From Verrucomicrobiota bacterium (GTDB lineage: Bacteria; Verrucomicrobiota; Verrucomicrobiia; Verrucomicrobiales; V1-33): a stretch of 38,441 bases of DNA. Made by a program: the position numbers and the translations under genes. Below are positions 1-9,139 of the stretch, in pieces. The stretch's first letter is position 1. Every line of letters begins with the position of its first letter. Under the pieces are notes generated by a model. The model was not told where the DNA came from. It searched no databases and saw only the letters and a list, made by a program, of their open reading frames with translations. The stretch is taken from contig JANNVM010000545.1 of NCBI GenBank assembly GCA_031414455.1, forward strand, positions 1 to 38,441. The letters run 5' to 3'.

Positions 1-2
1 CC

Positions 3-491
3 GACGAAGGCAGCACCGGAATCGTGCTCGAAAACAATGTTGTTCATCACTGCAGGAGCGCCGGCTTTCACCAGCATTACGGCCGCGATAACATCGTTCG
101 GAATAGCATTTTCGCCTTCAACGGTGAACACCAGCTCATGCGGTCCCGCGCCGAACCGCACGTCTCGTTCACCTTTACCAATAACATCGTCTGCTTCAAC
201 TCCGGCGATCTGCTCGGCTCCAACTGGTCGAACGACAACTACCGCATGGACGGCAATGTTTACTGGGACACCCGGCCCGGGGCGGCGCAGACGATGACGT
301 TCGCCGGTGCCACATGGGACCAGTGGCGCGCCCGGGGACACGACGCCAACTCCGTTATCGCCGACCCGTTGTTTGTCCCGTCCGAAACGGTGGATTTCCG
401 GCTCCGGCCGGAATCACCCGCGCTGAAAACCGGCTTCAAGCCAATCGACCTGACCCGTATTGGAATCCGTCCGAAACCCCTGCGTCAATGA
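3..491 (+). CDS. Right-handed parallel beta-helix repeat protein, C-terminal portion (5' end outside window)
   Basis: Frame 3 is open from the window edge (DEGSTGIVLENNVVHH...), so the GTG at 24 is internal. Successive short rungs (ENNVVHH, RDNIVRNSIFAF, FTNNIVCFNSG, DGNVYWD) and an ADPLF..DFRL..SPA tail look like pectate-lyase-fold beta-helix proteins. By-eye assignment. Confidence 0.6.
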   Translation, partial: DEGSTGIVLENNVVHHCRSAGFHQHYGRDNIVRNSIFAFNGEHQLMRSRAEPHVSFTFTNNIVCFNSGDLLGSNWSNDNYRMDGNVYWDTRPGAAQTMTFAGATWDQWRARGHDANSVIADPLFVPSETVDFRLRPESPALKTGFKPIDLTRIGIRPKPLRQ

Positions 492-646
492 CCGCAAGTG
501 CCGATGGTTCGCCGTCCGATGAACACTTCCCATGATCGCGAAAGCAATCCTATCACTTTCCGCGTTTGTCCTTTCATGCCGCAGCAGGCCCCGCTTCCTG
601 ATTGAAAACCAGTCCATCCGTTCCATTCAGCGATAACAACTGCCTT

Positions 647-1624
647 ATGAACAACGCTCACGACTGCGGCCTCGAGCCGCCCCGCCACCGGATCAATCAC
701 CGCCGCTTCCTGCGATGGATCGCTGCTGTCTTTGTTGGACTCCCTCTCCTGACGACCCCTTGTGCCCGCGCTGCGGATGAGCCGGCGCTCCTTGAAATTG
801 AACGGAAGGTGGAACACGGCTATGCCACCAACAACGGCGTGCGCATTCATTACGCCCGCCTCGGCAAGGGCCCCCTCGTGGTGATGATACACGGCTTTCC
901 CGACTGCTGGCTTACATGGCGCGTGCAAATGGAGGCGCTGGCAAAGAACCACGAGGTCGTGGCCATCGACCAGCGCGGATACAATCTCAGCGACCGCCCG
1001 AAGGGAGTGGAGAACTATGACATGAGCCTGCTGACCGCTGACGTCGCGGCAGTCATTCGCGCGCGCGGACAGGAGCAGGCGATTGTCGTTGGGCACGACT
1101 GGGGCGGGGCGGTGGCGTGGCAACTCGCCATGGCCCGGCCGGAAATGGTCGGGAAACTGATCGTCCTGAACCTGCCGCACCCCCGCGGGTTGAGCCGCGA
1201 ACTGGCGACGAACCCGGAGCAGCAAAAGAAGAGCGCTTATGCCCGGCAGTTTCAGGAGGACGGAGCACACACCAAACTAACCGCAGAGGGCCTGACGTTT
1301 TGGATCAAGGATCCCGCCGTGCGCGCGCGTTACGTGGAGGCATTCCGCCGCTCGGATTTCGAAGCGATGCTGAACTACTACAAACGCAACTACCCCCGGG
1401 AACCTTATGTCGAAGATACCTCGCCGGTGGTGAAAGTGCAGTGCCCGGTCCTGCTCATCCACGGGCTCAAAGACAAGGCACTGCTGCCCGGAGCCCTGAA
1501 TGACACATGGCAATGGGTCGGGAAAGACCTGACGCTGGTGACTGTGCCGGACGCCGATCATTGGGTGCAGCAGGACGCGGCGGACCTTGTGACGCGAACG
1601 ATGGTCAGTTGGCTGAACCGGTAG
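647..1624 (+). CDS. Secreted alpha/beta-fold hydrolase (epoxide hydrolase / haloalkane dehalogenase-like) with probable Tat signal
   Basis: [23 protein letters not shown] and the VVGHDWGG nucleophile elbow, plus C-terminal HGLKD...DADHW. The N-terminus [23 protein letters not shown] resembles a twin-arginine signal. The ORF opens at TTG 602; ATG 647 is preferred. Confidence 0.85.
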   Translation: MNNAHDCGLEPPRHRINHRRFLRWIAAVFVGLPLLTTPCARAADEPALLEIERKVEHGYATNNGVRIHYARLGKGPLVVMIHGFPDCWLTWRVQMEALAKNHEVVAIDQRGYNLSDRPKGVENYDMSLLTADVAAVIRARGQEQAIVVGHDWGGAVAWQLAMARPEMVGKLIVLNLPHPRGLSRELATNPEQQKKSAYARQFQEDGAHTKLTAEGLTFWIKDPAVRARYVEAFRRSDFEAMLNYYKRNYPREPYVEDTSPVVKVQCPVLLIHGLKDKALLPGALNDTWQWVGKDLTLVTVPDADHWVQQDAADLVTRTMVSWLNR

Positions 1625-1686
1625 AGGCCGCTGGTGGTTGAGCCGCAGAGCGCCCGCGCAGTCAGAGCGACCCGCGGGGCGAGTGT

Positions 1687-1836
1687 TCATCGTTTGAACT
1701 GCGGGATCTTCATCAGTTCGCCGTTCTTAAGCGCTGACTGGTGGGTGACAATGCCGGCGACCGTCAGGCTCAAGGCCATGGCGATGTCCACCAGCGGTTT
1801 GCGGTCCGCGGGAATGGCGGTGACGAACTCGTCCAT
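1687..1836 (-). pseudogene. Possible remnant of the C-terminal end of a Gfo/Idh/MocA-type oxidoreductase
   Basis: The 49-codon ORF MDEFVTAIPADRKPLVDIAMALSLTVAGIVTHQSALKNGELMKIPQF resembles the conserved C-terminal helices of that family. There is no room for the Rossmann domain because glpK ends at 1851. Weak, by eye only. Confidence 0.25.
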
Positions 1837-1850
1837 AAGGAAGCTGTGAT

Positions 1851-3341
1851 TTAAGTCTCGATCCACCCCTTGGTCCGCTCCACTGCTTTCCGCCAGCCGG
1901 TTAGGAGCGGCTGGATGGCGGCGGCTCCGACGCCGGGAGTGAAGCGGGCGTCCACACTCCACTGCCGGGCGATCTCCGACTGCGATTTCCACACGCCGGT
2001 CGCTAGTCCGGCCAGATAGGCGGCCCCGAGCGCGGTGGTTTCGACACAGCGGGGACGCACGACAGGCCGCTGCAGCAGGTCGGACTGGATTTGCATCAGC
2101 AGGGCGCTGCGGGCCGCGCCGCCATCCACGCGCAATTCCTTGAGAGGAATGCCCGAGTCCTTCTCCATGCAGTGAATGAGGTCGGCGCTTTGGAGAGCGA
2201 TGCTGTCGAGAGCGGCGCGGCAGAAGTGGGCGCGGTTGGTCCCGCGGGTCATGCCAAACGCGGCACCGCGGGCGCCTGGATCCCAGTGGGGAGCGCCGAG
2301 CCCGGCGAACGCGGGGACGACAAACAGTCCATTGGCATCCGGAACCGTGGCGGCAAGTTCATCACACTCCGCGGCACTGCGGATGATCTGCAATTCGTCG
2401 CGCAGCCACTGCACCACGGCCCCTCCGATGAACACGGAGCCTTCGAGCGCATATTCGATGCGCCCGTTTATCCGCCATGCAATGGTCGTCAGGAGGTTAT
2501 TTTGTGAGGGCACGGCACTGGCACCGGTGTGCATCAGCAGGAAGCAGCCGGTGCCGTAGGTATTCTTGGCCATGCCGGACTCGAAACACGCCTGCCCGAA
2601 CAACGCGGCCTGCTGGTCACCGGCGATACCGGCGATGGGAATGCCGGCGAGCGGTCCCGGCAGGGCGACTTCACCGATGACACCGCTGCTGTCCGTGACG
2701 ACCGGGAGCATCGCTCGCGGAATGTCGAGCAGGCGCAGGCATTCATCATCCCACTCACCGGTGTGAATGTTCAGCAGCAGGGTGCGGGAGGCGTTAGTGG
2801 CATCGGTGACATGGACTTTGCCGCCGGTGAGTTTCCAGATGAGCCACGAGTCAATGGTGCCGAAGAGCAGTTCGCCCTGCGCGGCGCGGGGGCGGGCGCC
2901 GGGATGCTGGTCGAGCATCCATTTCAGTTTGGTGCCGCTGAAGTAAGGGTCGAGCCGCAGGCCGGTGCGTTCCACGAAGAGCGGTTCTTTGCCCGCGGCT
3001 TTCAGACTGGAGCAAATACCCGCCGTGCGGCGGTCCTGCCAGACGATGGCGTTGCCCGGAGGCTTTCCGGTCGCGGCGTCCCACATGACGCTGGTCTCGC
3101 GCTGATTGGCAACGCCGATGGCGGTGATGTCGCGGGCGGTTAGGCCGCTTTGCGTCAGGGCGTCCAGCGCCACTGCGTATTGGTTTGCCCAAATTTCCTC
3201 TGCGTCGTGCTCCACCCAGCCGGCCCGCGGATAGATCTGGCGATGCTCCTTTTGGGCCGCGGACACCGGCTTGCCGGATTCATCGAAAACGATTGCGCGG
3301 GAACTGGTGGTGCCCTGATCAAGGGCGAGGATGTATTTCAT
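1851..3341 (-). CDS. glpK: Glycerol kinase
   Basis: 496 aa. The N-terminal [20 protein letters not shown] is the FGGY kinase motif. Also present: [23 protein letters not shown] and LRVDGGAA. Confidence 0.97.
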   Translation of the reverse strand: MKYILALDQGTTSSRAIVFDESGKPVSAAQKEHRQIYPRAGWVEHDAEEIWANQYAVALDALTQSGLTARDITAIGVANQRETSVMWDAATGKPPGNAIVWQDRRTAGICSSLKAAGKEPLFVERTGLRLDPYFSGTKLKWMLDQHPGARPRAAQGELLFGTIDSWLIWKLTGGKVHVTDATNASRTLLLNIHTGEWDDECLRLLDIPRAMLPVVTDSSGVIGEVALPGPLAGIPIAGIAGDQQAALFGQACFESGMAKNTYGTGCFLLMHTGASAVPSQNNLLTTIAWRINGRIEYALEGSVFIGGAVVQWLRDELQIIRSAAECDELAATVPDANGLFVVPAFAGLGAPHWDPGARGAAFGMTRGTNRAHFCRAALDSIALQSADLIHCMEKDSGIPLKELRVDGGAARSALLMQIQSDLLQRPVVRPRCVETTALGAAYLAGLATGVWKSQSEIARQWSVDARFTPGVGAAAIQPLLTGWRKAVERTKGWIET

Positions 3342-3501
3342 AGCGGCGAAAAAGTCAGTTTACAGATCGCCTCAATGGTGACGACATAAAAATGGCCGCT
3401 GTCCGTGGTTGGCCGGGGAGGCCCATTCATCCTGCCGTGACAACAAGTTGGAAGCGGCCCTGTCCCCTTGCGCCGCCCTGCCGGCCCATTCCCTTTAGCG
3501 G

Positions 3502-4734
3502 ATGATATCCCCCACTCCCGACTGGCACGCCGTCCGGGCGCAGTTCCCGATTCTCAGCCAGGTGCAGGCGAACGGGCAGCCGCTCCTGTATTTTGACAGT
3601 GCGGCGAGTTCGCAAAAACCGCAGGCGGTGATTGATGCGCTGTCGCGTTACTACGAACACGACAATGCCAACGTGCATCGCGGGCTCTATGAGTTGAGCG
3701 CGCGGGCCACGGACAGGTACGAATCGGCGCGCCGGCGGGTGGCGCAGTTCATCGGTGCGGAGGAGGAGGAAATCGTTTTCACGCGCGGCACGACGGAGGG
3801 GATCAATCTGGTGGCGCGGGCGTGGTGTGAAAAGAATCTGCGCGCGGGCGACGTGATTCTCCTGACGGAACTCGAGCATCACAGCAATCTCGTTCCCTGG
3901 CAGCTGGCAGCGGAGCGGCATGGCGCGGTGCTGCGGTTTGTGCCGGTGACGGGCGAAGACGGTGCAGTGGACGAGGCGGCGGTCCCGGCGTTGCTCACCG
4001 GGGAGGTAAGGCTGTTTGCCTTCCCTCACATTTCCAATTCGCTCGGCACGATCACCCCGGCGGCGGAATGGTGTGCCCTGGCGCGAAGCCGCGGCGTCAC
4101 CACGCTCGTGGACGCTGCACAAAGCGTCGGGCACATCCCGGTGAATGTGAAGTCGCTCGGCTGCGATTTTCTCGCGTTCTCCGGTCACAAGATCTGCGGT
4201 CCCACCGGCATCGGCGTACTCTACGGCACCGCGCAGGCGCTCGCGGACATGCCGCCCTTTCACGGCGGCGGTGAGATGATCGAAAGCGTGCGCTACGAGC
4301 GCAGCACGTATCGCGCGGCACCCGGCAAGTTCGAAGCCGGCACGCCGCCGATCGCCGGAGCCATCGGACTCGCGGCGGCCTGCGACTATCTGGATGCGCT
4401 CGGCATGGAGAACATCGCGGCGCGCGATGAAGCGCTCACCACCCGGCTCGTGGAGACGCTCGACAGCATTGACGGAGTGCGCGCGATCGGACCGAAGGGT
4501 GCGCGCGGCGCGCTGAGCAGTTTTGTGATGGACGGCGTGCATCCGCACGACCTCGTCACGTTTGCGAGTGAGAAGGGCCTCGCGATGCGAGGCGGCCACC
4601 ACTGCACGCAGCCGTTGATGCGGAAGCTGAAGCTCCCCGGCACCGCGCGCGCCAGCCTTTACTTTTACAACACAGAGGACGAGATCGCCCGCGCCGGCGA
4701 AATCCTCACCGCCACCCGCCGCTACTTTGTATGA
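3502..4734 (+). CDS. sufS: Cysteine desulfurase, SufS type (class V aminotransferase)
   Basis: 410 aa with HHSNLVPWQ, FSGHKICGPTGIG (PLP lysine) and RGGHHCTQPL (catalytic Cys loop). ATGA overlap with the next gene at 4731-4734. Confidence 0.95.
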   Translation: MISPTPDWHAVRAQFPILSQVQANGQPLLYFDSAASSQKPQAVIDALSRYYEHDNANVHRGLYELSARATDRYESARRRVAQFIGAEEEEIVFTRGTTEGINLVARAWCEKNLRAGDVILLTELEHHSNLVPWQLAAERHGAVLRFVPVTGEDGAVDEAAVPALLTGEVRLFAFPHISNSLGTITPAAEWCALARSRGVTTLVDAAQSVGHIPVNVKSLGCDFLAFSGHKICGPTGIGVLYGTAQALADMPPFHGGGEMIESVRYERSTYRAAPGKFEAGTPPIAGAIGLAAACDYLDALGMENIAARDEALTTRLVETLDSIDGVRAIGPKGARGALSSFVMDGVHPHDLVTFASEKGLAMRGGHHCTQPLMRKLKLPGTARASLYFYNTEDEIARAGEILTATRRYFV

Positions 4735-5183
4735 ACCCCCTCGACGAACTCTATCAGTCGGTCATCCTCGATCACTCCCGCCGCCCGCGGAATTCCGGCC
4801 CCCAGCCGGTGCCGCCGGCATTTCATGCCGAGGGCGTGAATCCGTCCTGTGGTGACGAGATCGAAGTCTGGGTCACGTTCGCCGACGACGGAAAAATCGC
4901 GAAAGTCACCTTTCAGGGCCAGGGCTGCGCCATCAGTCAGAGCGCGGCGAGCATCATGACCGTAAAAGCAGCAGGTCGCACGGTGGAGGAAGCCCGCGGG
5001 CTCATCAGCGGATTCCACGACATCGTCAGCACGGAGGCGGATCCTGACATGGACAGGTTCGGAGAGATGGCCGTGTTCGCCGGCGTCCGGCAATTCCCCC
5101 AGCGCGTGAAATGCGCCATGCTGGGCTGGCGCGCGCTGGAGCAGGCGCTGAAGAAACAGGACGCGGCAATCACCACGGAGTAA
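4731..5183 (+). CDS. sufU: SUF-system Fe-S scaffold / sulfur acceptor SufU (IscU/NifU-like)
   Basis: 150 aa with NPSCGDEIEV, GQGCAISQSAASIM and RVKCAMLGW, the three conserved Cys motifs. Translationally coupled to sufS. Confidence 0.93.
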   Translation: MNPLDELYQSVILDHSRRPRNSGPQPVPPAFHAEGVNPSCGDEIEVWVTFADDGKIAKVTFQGQGCAISQSAASIMTVKAAGRTVEEARGLISGFHDIVSTEADPDMDRFGEMAVFAGVRQFPQRVKCAMLGWRALEQALKKQDAAITTE

Positions 5184-5212
5184 AAACTCCAGGCACCAAA
5201 TCCCAGGCTCCA
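5181..5212. repeat. Left arm of an imperfect inverted repeat bracketing the sufU-ndk spacer
   Basis: TAAAAACTCCAGGCACCAAATCCCAGGCTCCA starts on the sufU stop codon. The reverse complement of 5447-5478 reads TAAAAAGCACCAGGCACCAAAGAAGCTCCAAA. Shared blocks are TAAAAA, CCAGGCACCAAA (12/12) and GCTCCA. A third CACCAGGCAC lies at about 5219-5228. Confidence 0.6.
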
Positions 5213-5446
5213 TAGAAACACCAGGCACAGCGCCGCGCGAGCCACACGCCGTCCGGGATGTGTGTTTGGGTAGTGTCTCAGATAGAAAAGGAACGTGCCG
5301 CCGGAGCGGGAAACGATGCCTGTAGCGCGGGCATGGCTTTAGCCTGCCCGTGTTTGCCTGCTCAGTCGGTGGCGGACACGGGCAGGCTGCCGCCATCCCC
5401 GCGCTGCGATTCCCTTACAAAAATTCAAATTGTAACTCTACCGAAG

Positions 5447-5478
5447 TTTGGAGCTTCTTTGGTGCCTGGTGCTTTTTA
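5447..5478. repeat. Right arm of the inverted repeat, ending on the ndk stop codon
   Basis: TTTGGAGCTTCTTTGGTGCCTGGTGCTTTTTA; see the left arm. Between the arms a perfect 13-bp stem AGCCTGCCCGTGT (5341-5353) pairs with ACACGGGCAGGCT (5376-5388) around a 22-nt loop. Confidence 0.6.
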
Positions 5479-5895
5479 GAACACCTCGCCTTCGCCGAAG
5501 AACCGCTTCACTTCCGCTGCCGCCGTCTCCGGTCCGTCGGAGGCGTGGCAGACATTGACCATCATGTTCTCACCGAAATCACCACGGATGGTTCCCTTCG
5601 GAGCTTTAGTGGAATCAGTCGGACCGAGCAGGTCGCGGACGCGGGCGATGACATTTTCACCGCCGAGGGCGAGTGCCACGACGGGGCTGCTCTGCATGAA
5701 GGTTACGATCTCGGGGAAGAACGGTTTGTCGGCGACGTGCGCATAGTGCTCTTTCAGAAGACCGTCGCTGAGGTGCATCATTTTCAGCCCGCGCACGGTG
5801 AAGCCTTCGGCTTCGAAACGCTTGAGCACTTCGCCGCTGAGACGCTTCTGCACGCAGTCAGGCTTGAAAAGAATGAGAGTGGTTTCCTGGGACAT
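5476..5895 (-). CDS. ndk: Nucleoside diphosphate kinase
   Basis: 139 aa with TLILFKPDCV, GLKMM, GPTDS and NVCHASDG (active-site His region). Confidence 0.97.
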   Translation of the reverse strand: MSQETTLILFKPDCVQKRLSGEVLKRFEAEGFTVRGLKMMHLSDGLLKEHYAHVADKPFFPEIVTFMQSSPVVALALGGENVIARVRDLLGPTDSTKAPKGTIRGDFGENMMVNVCHASDGPETAAAEVKRFFGEGEVF

Positions 5896-6139
5896 GGGAT
5901 CGGTAGATAAAGGTGGGGTGCCGCAAAACCGGGGGCGCGGCGGGCTGGTTTCATAGTGGCCGGAGAGGGGAATGCAAGATGGGATCGGGGGTGGGATCGC
6001 TGGTGCAGGGTGCTCATTACCCCTGCTCTCTCAATCGGCGAAGGTTGTAGATTTCCTTCCATTCTCCACGGGTGCGGCTTCGCCCAGTCCGCGGCCCTGC
6101 ACGCGCCCGGCGGTGGCTCCAGTGATTTGCGCGATGTTC

Positions 6140-6379
6140 TTACATGGTCTGTGGGTCGCCGGTCATGGCTTCGGCGCAGCCGCTCCAGCGGTAGCTGCCA
6201 GGATCATCGGTCAGGCCGGCGCGCACGGGGTTGAGATCAATATAGGTGGCCATCGTGCGCAGAGCGTTTGCTTCATCCTGCACGCTCACACTTTTATAAC
6301 GCCCTTCCCGCAGCGTGCCGGTGCGCTCGTTACGGAGGTGCCACGGTCCAGCGACGGACGCGGCACTGGCGGCACCCAC
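6140..6379 (-). pseudogene. Internal fragment of an IS200-like / REP-associated (RayT-like) Y1 tyrosine transposase
   Basis: NERTGTLREGRYKSVSVQDEANALRTMATYIDLNPVRAGLTDDPGSYRWSG matches the family pattern (G.l.qGRfKS..v......l....YIhlNPVRAGLv..p..YrwSS). The HUH-containing N-terminal half has no room, because the sigma gene starts at 6452. The listed start is a GTG artefact. Confidence 0.6.
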
Positions 6380-6451
6380 GGATTCCCACCCCGGAATCCG
6401 CCCGCCGAACTTTTCCTGTCACCGGCGCGCGGGCCGGCGCATCTGTGTGGC

Positions 6452-9139
6452 ATGACGCCCTATTCTCTCTCCACTCCCGCCGCTGGCCTGCCGGATGCCG
6501 AGCTGGCGCGTGCGGCGCAGCGGGGGGAGAAGAAGGCGTTCGTGGAGATCGTGGCGCGGCATCAGGCGATGGTGTGCGGTATCGCGTTCGGGATTCTGAC
6601 GGACTTCGCGGCTAGCGAGGATGCGGCGCAAGACGCGTTCCTCACGGCGTGGCGGAAGATCCATCACCTGCGCGAGCCGGAGCTTCTGCGGGCGTGGCTG
6701 GGGCAGATCGCGCGGACGGCGGCGCTGGGCTACCGGCGCAGGCTGCACGGGGAGGTCGTGACGGATAATTTCGCGGAGGAGGCGGACCCCGCGCCACAGC
6801 CGGACGAGGCGGCGGCGGACGGCGATGAGGCGGCGCTGGTGCGCGATTCCCTGACAAAACTGCCAGAGCAGTTCCGCGTGCCGCTCGTGCTTTTCTACCG
6901 CGAGGGCCAGTCCGTCCGGAGCGTCGCGGAGGCGCTGGACCTGAGCGAGGACGCGGTGAAGCAGCGCCTGGCACGGGGCCGGGAAATGCTGCGTGAGCGC
7001 GTGACGGGGATGATCGAATCGGTGCTGACGCGCACGCGCCCCACGGCGGTTTTCACCATGCTGATCGCCGCGGCTATCGGCGCGCTGACGGCTCCGGCGG
7101 TCATCGCGGGGTCTGTCTTCACCGCGGCCGCCGCGGCATCGGCATCGGCGGCATCCGCTGCCTCCGCCAGCACCGCCGCGGGCGGAGCCACTTCCTCTGC
7201 AACCACAGTCGCCACAGCCATGAGTACCTCGAAATCCACCCTAACTATCGCCGCGGCCATCGCGGCGGCCTGCCTGCCGCTCGGCTACGGAGCGCGCATG
7301 GGCATGGAAACCCGCCCGCCGGATTCTGTCAGGAGGCCGGACGCGCAGTCGGCGGTCGCAGCCGCGAAAGCGCCCGCGAAGCCTGATTTCTCCGACTCCG
7401 CGCTCTATGCGGAGTGGAAGAAGCTGCACGACGAGCACGGCTCGACGGCGGAGGATATGCCGGCGCTCTTCCAGGCCATCGCGGACATCAAGGACCCGGT
7501 GCGGCGGCGTATTTTCCGCGCAGCGCAGAGCGCGGAGTGGGCGGAGCTTTCGCCGGAGGGGGGCTTCGCGTTCTTTATGGAAAAGGGGCGCGACAGCGGC
7601 CAGCGCGAGCAGTTTTTCAGCGAATGGATGCGGCGGGATCCGGCTGCCGCCGTGGCTGCGCTCTCTGGTGGCGGCGAGGGATGGGACGGGCTGGCGCGGA
7701 AGAACCTGACGGAGATCGCCCGGCGCGTGCCCGGGAGCCTCGCCTCGCTGGCTGCGAAGATGCCGAAGTCCGACAATCACTGGGCCAATGAAGTGCGCGA
7801 TGCCTTTGCCATCCTCGCGGAGAGCGGGCTGGAGGCTGCGCGCGCCGCGGCGGAGGGCGTGATTGGCCCCCAGCGCGAGCAGGCGCTGGCGGGGATCGCG
7901 AAGGCATGGGCGAGGACAGACCCGGACGCGGCCATCGCGTGGGCCAAAGCGCTCCCGGAGGGCGTGGACCTCCATAACATTATCCGCGCCGCGCTCCTGG
8001 GCGTGGCTGCCACTGCTCCGGCCTCGGCGCTGGGCCGGGTGAAGGACGTGCCGCCGGGCGGACGCGAAGGATATTTCGCCGATACCACCGGTGCCCGGGT
8101 GCTGCAGGAGGCGGGGAAAACCAACTACGACGCCACGGTGGCCTGGCTGGCCGCGCATCCCGAAAGCTTCAGTCGCGAGGACTTGCTAGGCATGGCAGAT
8201 GCCGTGACGCAGCGCCTGAATGACGACCCGGCGGCCTTCCTGGCACGGCACATGGCGGACGGCTCGCTGAGCGCGTTGATGCCTGCGATCGGCAGCGCAC
8301 TGATGAATCAGTCAGGCTATCAGCGTCCGGTCATTTGGGATTGGCTGAAGACACAGCCCTCGGACCCCGCGCTGGACCAACTTAGGAGCGAAATCATCAA
8401 CTCCGCGGGCTATCAGAATCCGGACTTTGCTCTCCAGATCGCGCGGGACCTGCCGGACACTCCGGAGGGCAAAAAATTCAGTGACTCGCTCGCCCGCAGC
8501 CTGATGAGTGCCTCGCAGATGCCGCACAATTTGGATTCCCTGATGGCGCAGGCTCCGGACACGCTGAAGCCAGCGCTGGTCGAGGCTGCGCTGATGGGGT
8601 TGAACCAAAAAAATTTCGCAGACCCGCAGAAGTGGCTGGCCTTGCTGCCGCAGTTGCGGGATGAGATCCGGGAAAACATGACCGCCCGCGTGGCCCGCGC
8701 ATGGACGGAGCAGGCCCCGGAGGAGGCCGTGGCGTGGGCCACCGCGCTGCCCCCGGGGGCGGAGCGCACTGCGGCGATCGGCTACGTGACCAACGCATGG
8801 GCAGTGGGCGATTCCTGGCGCGCGTCGGAATGGGTGGACACCCTGCCGGCTGGCGCGGAGCGGGACAAGGCAGCCGAATGGCTGGTGCAGGCCATCGCGC
8901 AGGAATCTCCAGACGAAGCATGGGACTGGGCGCAGAATATCGGCGACGAAACCCAGCGCAACTCGGCGATGCTGAACACCCTTCTGTCGATGCGGCGGCG
9001 GGACCCGTCGGCCATCGCTGACACGCTGGCCGGAGCCCGCATCACTCCTCAGGAACGCGCCGCCCTGCTGGAAAAACTGGACCAAATGCCCGTGGAGGCC
9101 ACCCCGCCACCAGCCACCGAAGCCACCCCTATCCGATGA
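6452..9139 (+). CDS. sig1: ECF sigma factor fused via hydrophobic/Ala-Ser-rich segment(s) to a ~600-aa Trp-repeat domain
   Basis: Sigma region 2 is AFVEIVARHQAMVCGIAFGIL..EDAAQDAFLTAWRK..LRAWLGQIARTAA. Region 4 is LPEQFRVPLVLFYREGQSVRSVAEALDLSEDAVKQRLARGREMLR. Next come PTAVFTMLIAAAIGALTAPAVIAG, an A/S low-complexity run and TLTIAAAIAAACLPLGY. Then repeats such as GIAKAWARTDPDAAIAWAKALPEG. The listed ORF begins at 5972, but sigma similarity starts right after ATG 6452. Confidence 0.85.
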   Translation: MTPYSLSTPAAGLPDAELARAAQRGEKKAFVEIVARHQAMVCGIAFGILTDFAASEDAAQDAFLTAWRKIHHLREPELLRAWLGQIARTAALGYRRRLHGEVVTDNFAEEADPAPQPDEAAADGDEAALVRDSLTKLPEQFRVPLVLFYREGQSVRSVAEALDLSEDAVKQRLARGREMLRERVTGMIESVLTRTRPTAVFTMLIAAAIGALTAPAVIAGSVFTAAAAASASAASAASASTAAGGATSSATTVATAMSTSKSTLTIAAAIAAACLPLGYGARMGMETRPPDSVRRPDAQSAVAAAKAPAKPDFSDSALYAEWKKLHDEHGSTAEDMPALFQAIADIKDPVRRRIFRAAQSAEWAELSPEGGFAFFMEKGRDSGQREQFFSEWMRRDPAAAVAALSGGGEGWDGLARKNLTEIARRVPGSLASLAAKMPKSDNHWANEVRDAFAILAESGLEAARAAAEGVIGPQREQALAGIAKAWARTDPDAAIAWAKALPEGVDLHNIIRAALLGVAATAPASALGRVKDVPPGGREGYFADTTGARVLQEAGKTNYDATVAWLAAHPESFSREDLLGMADAVTQRLNDDPAAFLARHMADGSLSALMPAIGSALMNQSGYQRPVIWDWLKTQPSDPALDQLRSEIINSAGYQNPDFALQIARDLPDTPEGKKFSDSLARSLMSASQMPHNLDSLMAQAPDTLKPALVEAALMGLNQKNFADPQKWLALLPQLRDEIRENMTARVARAWTEQAPEEAVAWATALPPGAERTAAIGYVTNAWAVGDSWRASEWVDTLPAGAERDKAAEWLVQAIAQESPDEAWDWAQNIGDETQRNSAMLNTLLSMRRRDPSAIADTLAGARITPQERAALLEKLDQMPVEATPPPATEATPIR

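Noticed and set aside
3502-5183. sufS-sufU without sufBCD as an unusual minimal SUF system
   Set aside because: The other suf genes may simply lie outside this window. Nothing in the sequence is abnormal.
5972-6451. The first 160 codons of the listed 1055-aa ORF (an N-terminal extension of sig1)
   Set aside because: It shows no sigma or other recognisable similarity. It runs antisense through the transposase fragment. Sigma region 2 begins right after ATG 6452. The open frame is most likely a high-GC artefact.
7120-7215. Repetitive GCATCGGC/GCCGCC run that might be a tandem repeat or array
   Set aside because: It encodes an Ala/Ser low-complexity linker (AAAAASASAASAASASTAAGG) within sig1. 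It has no spacer-repeat organisation.
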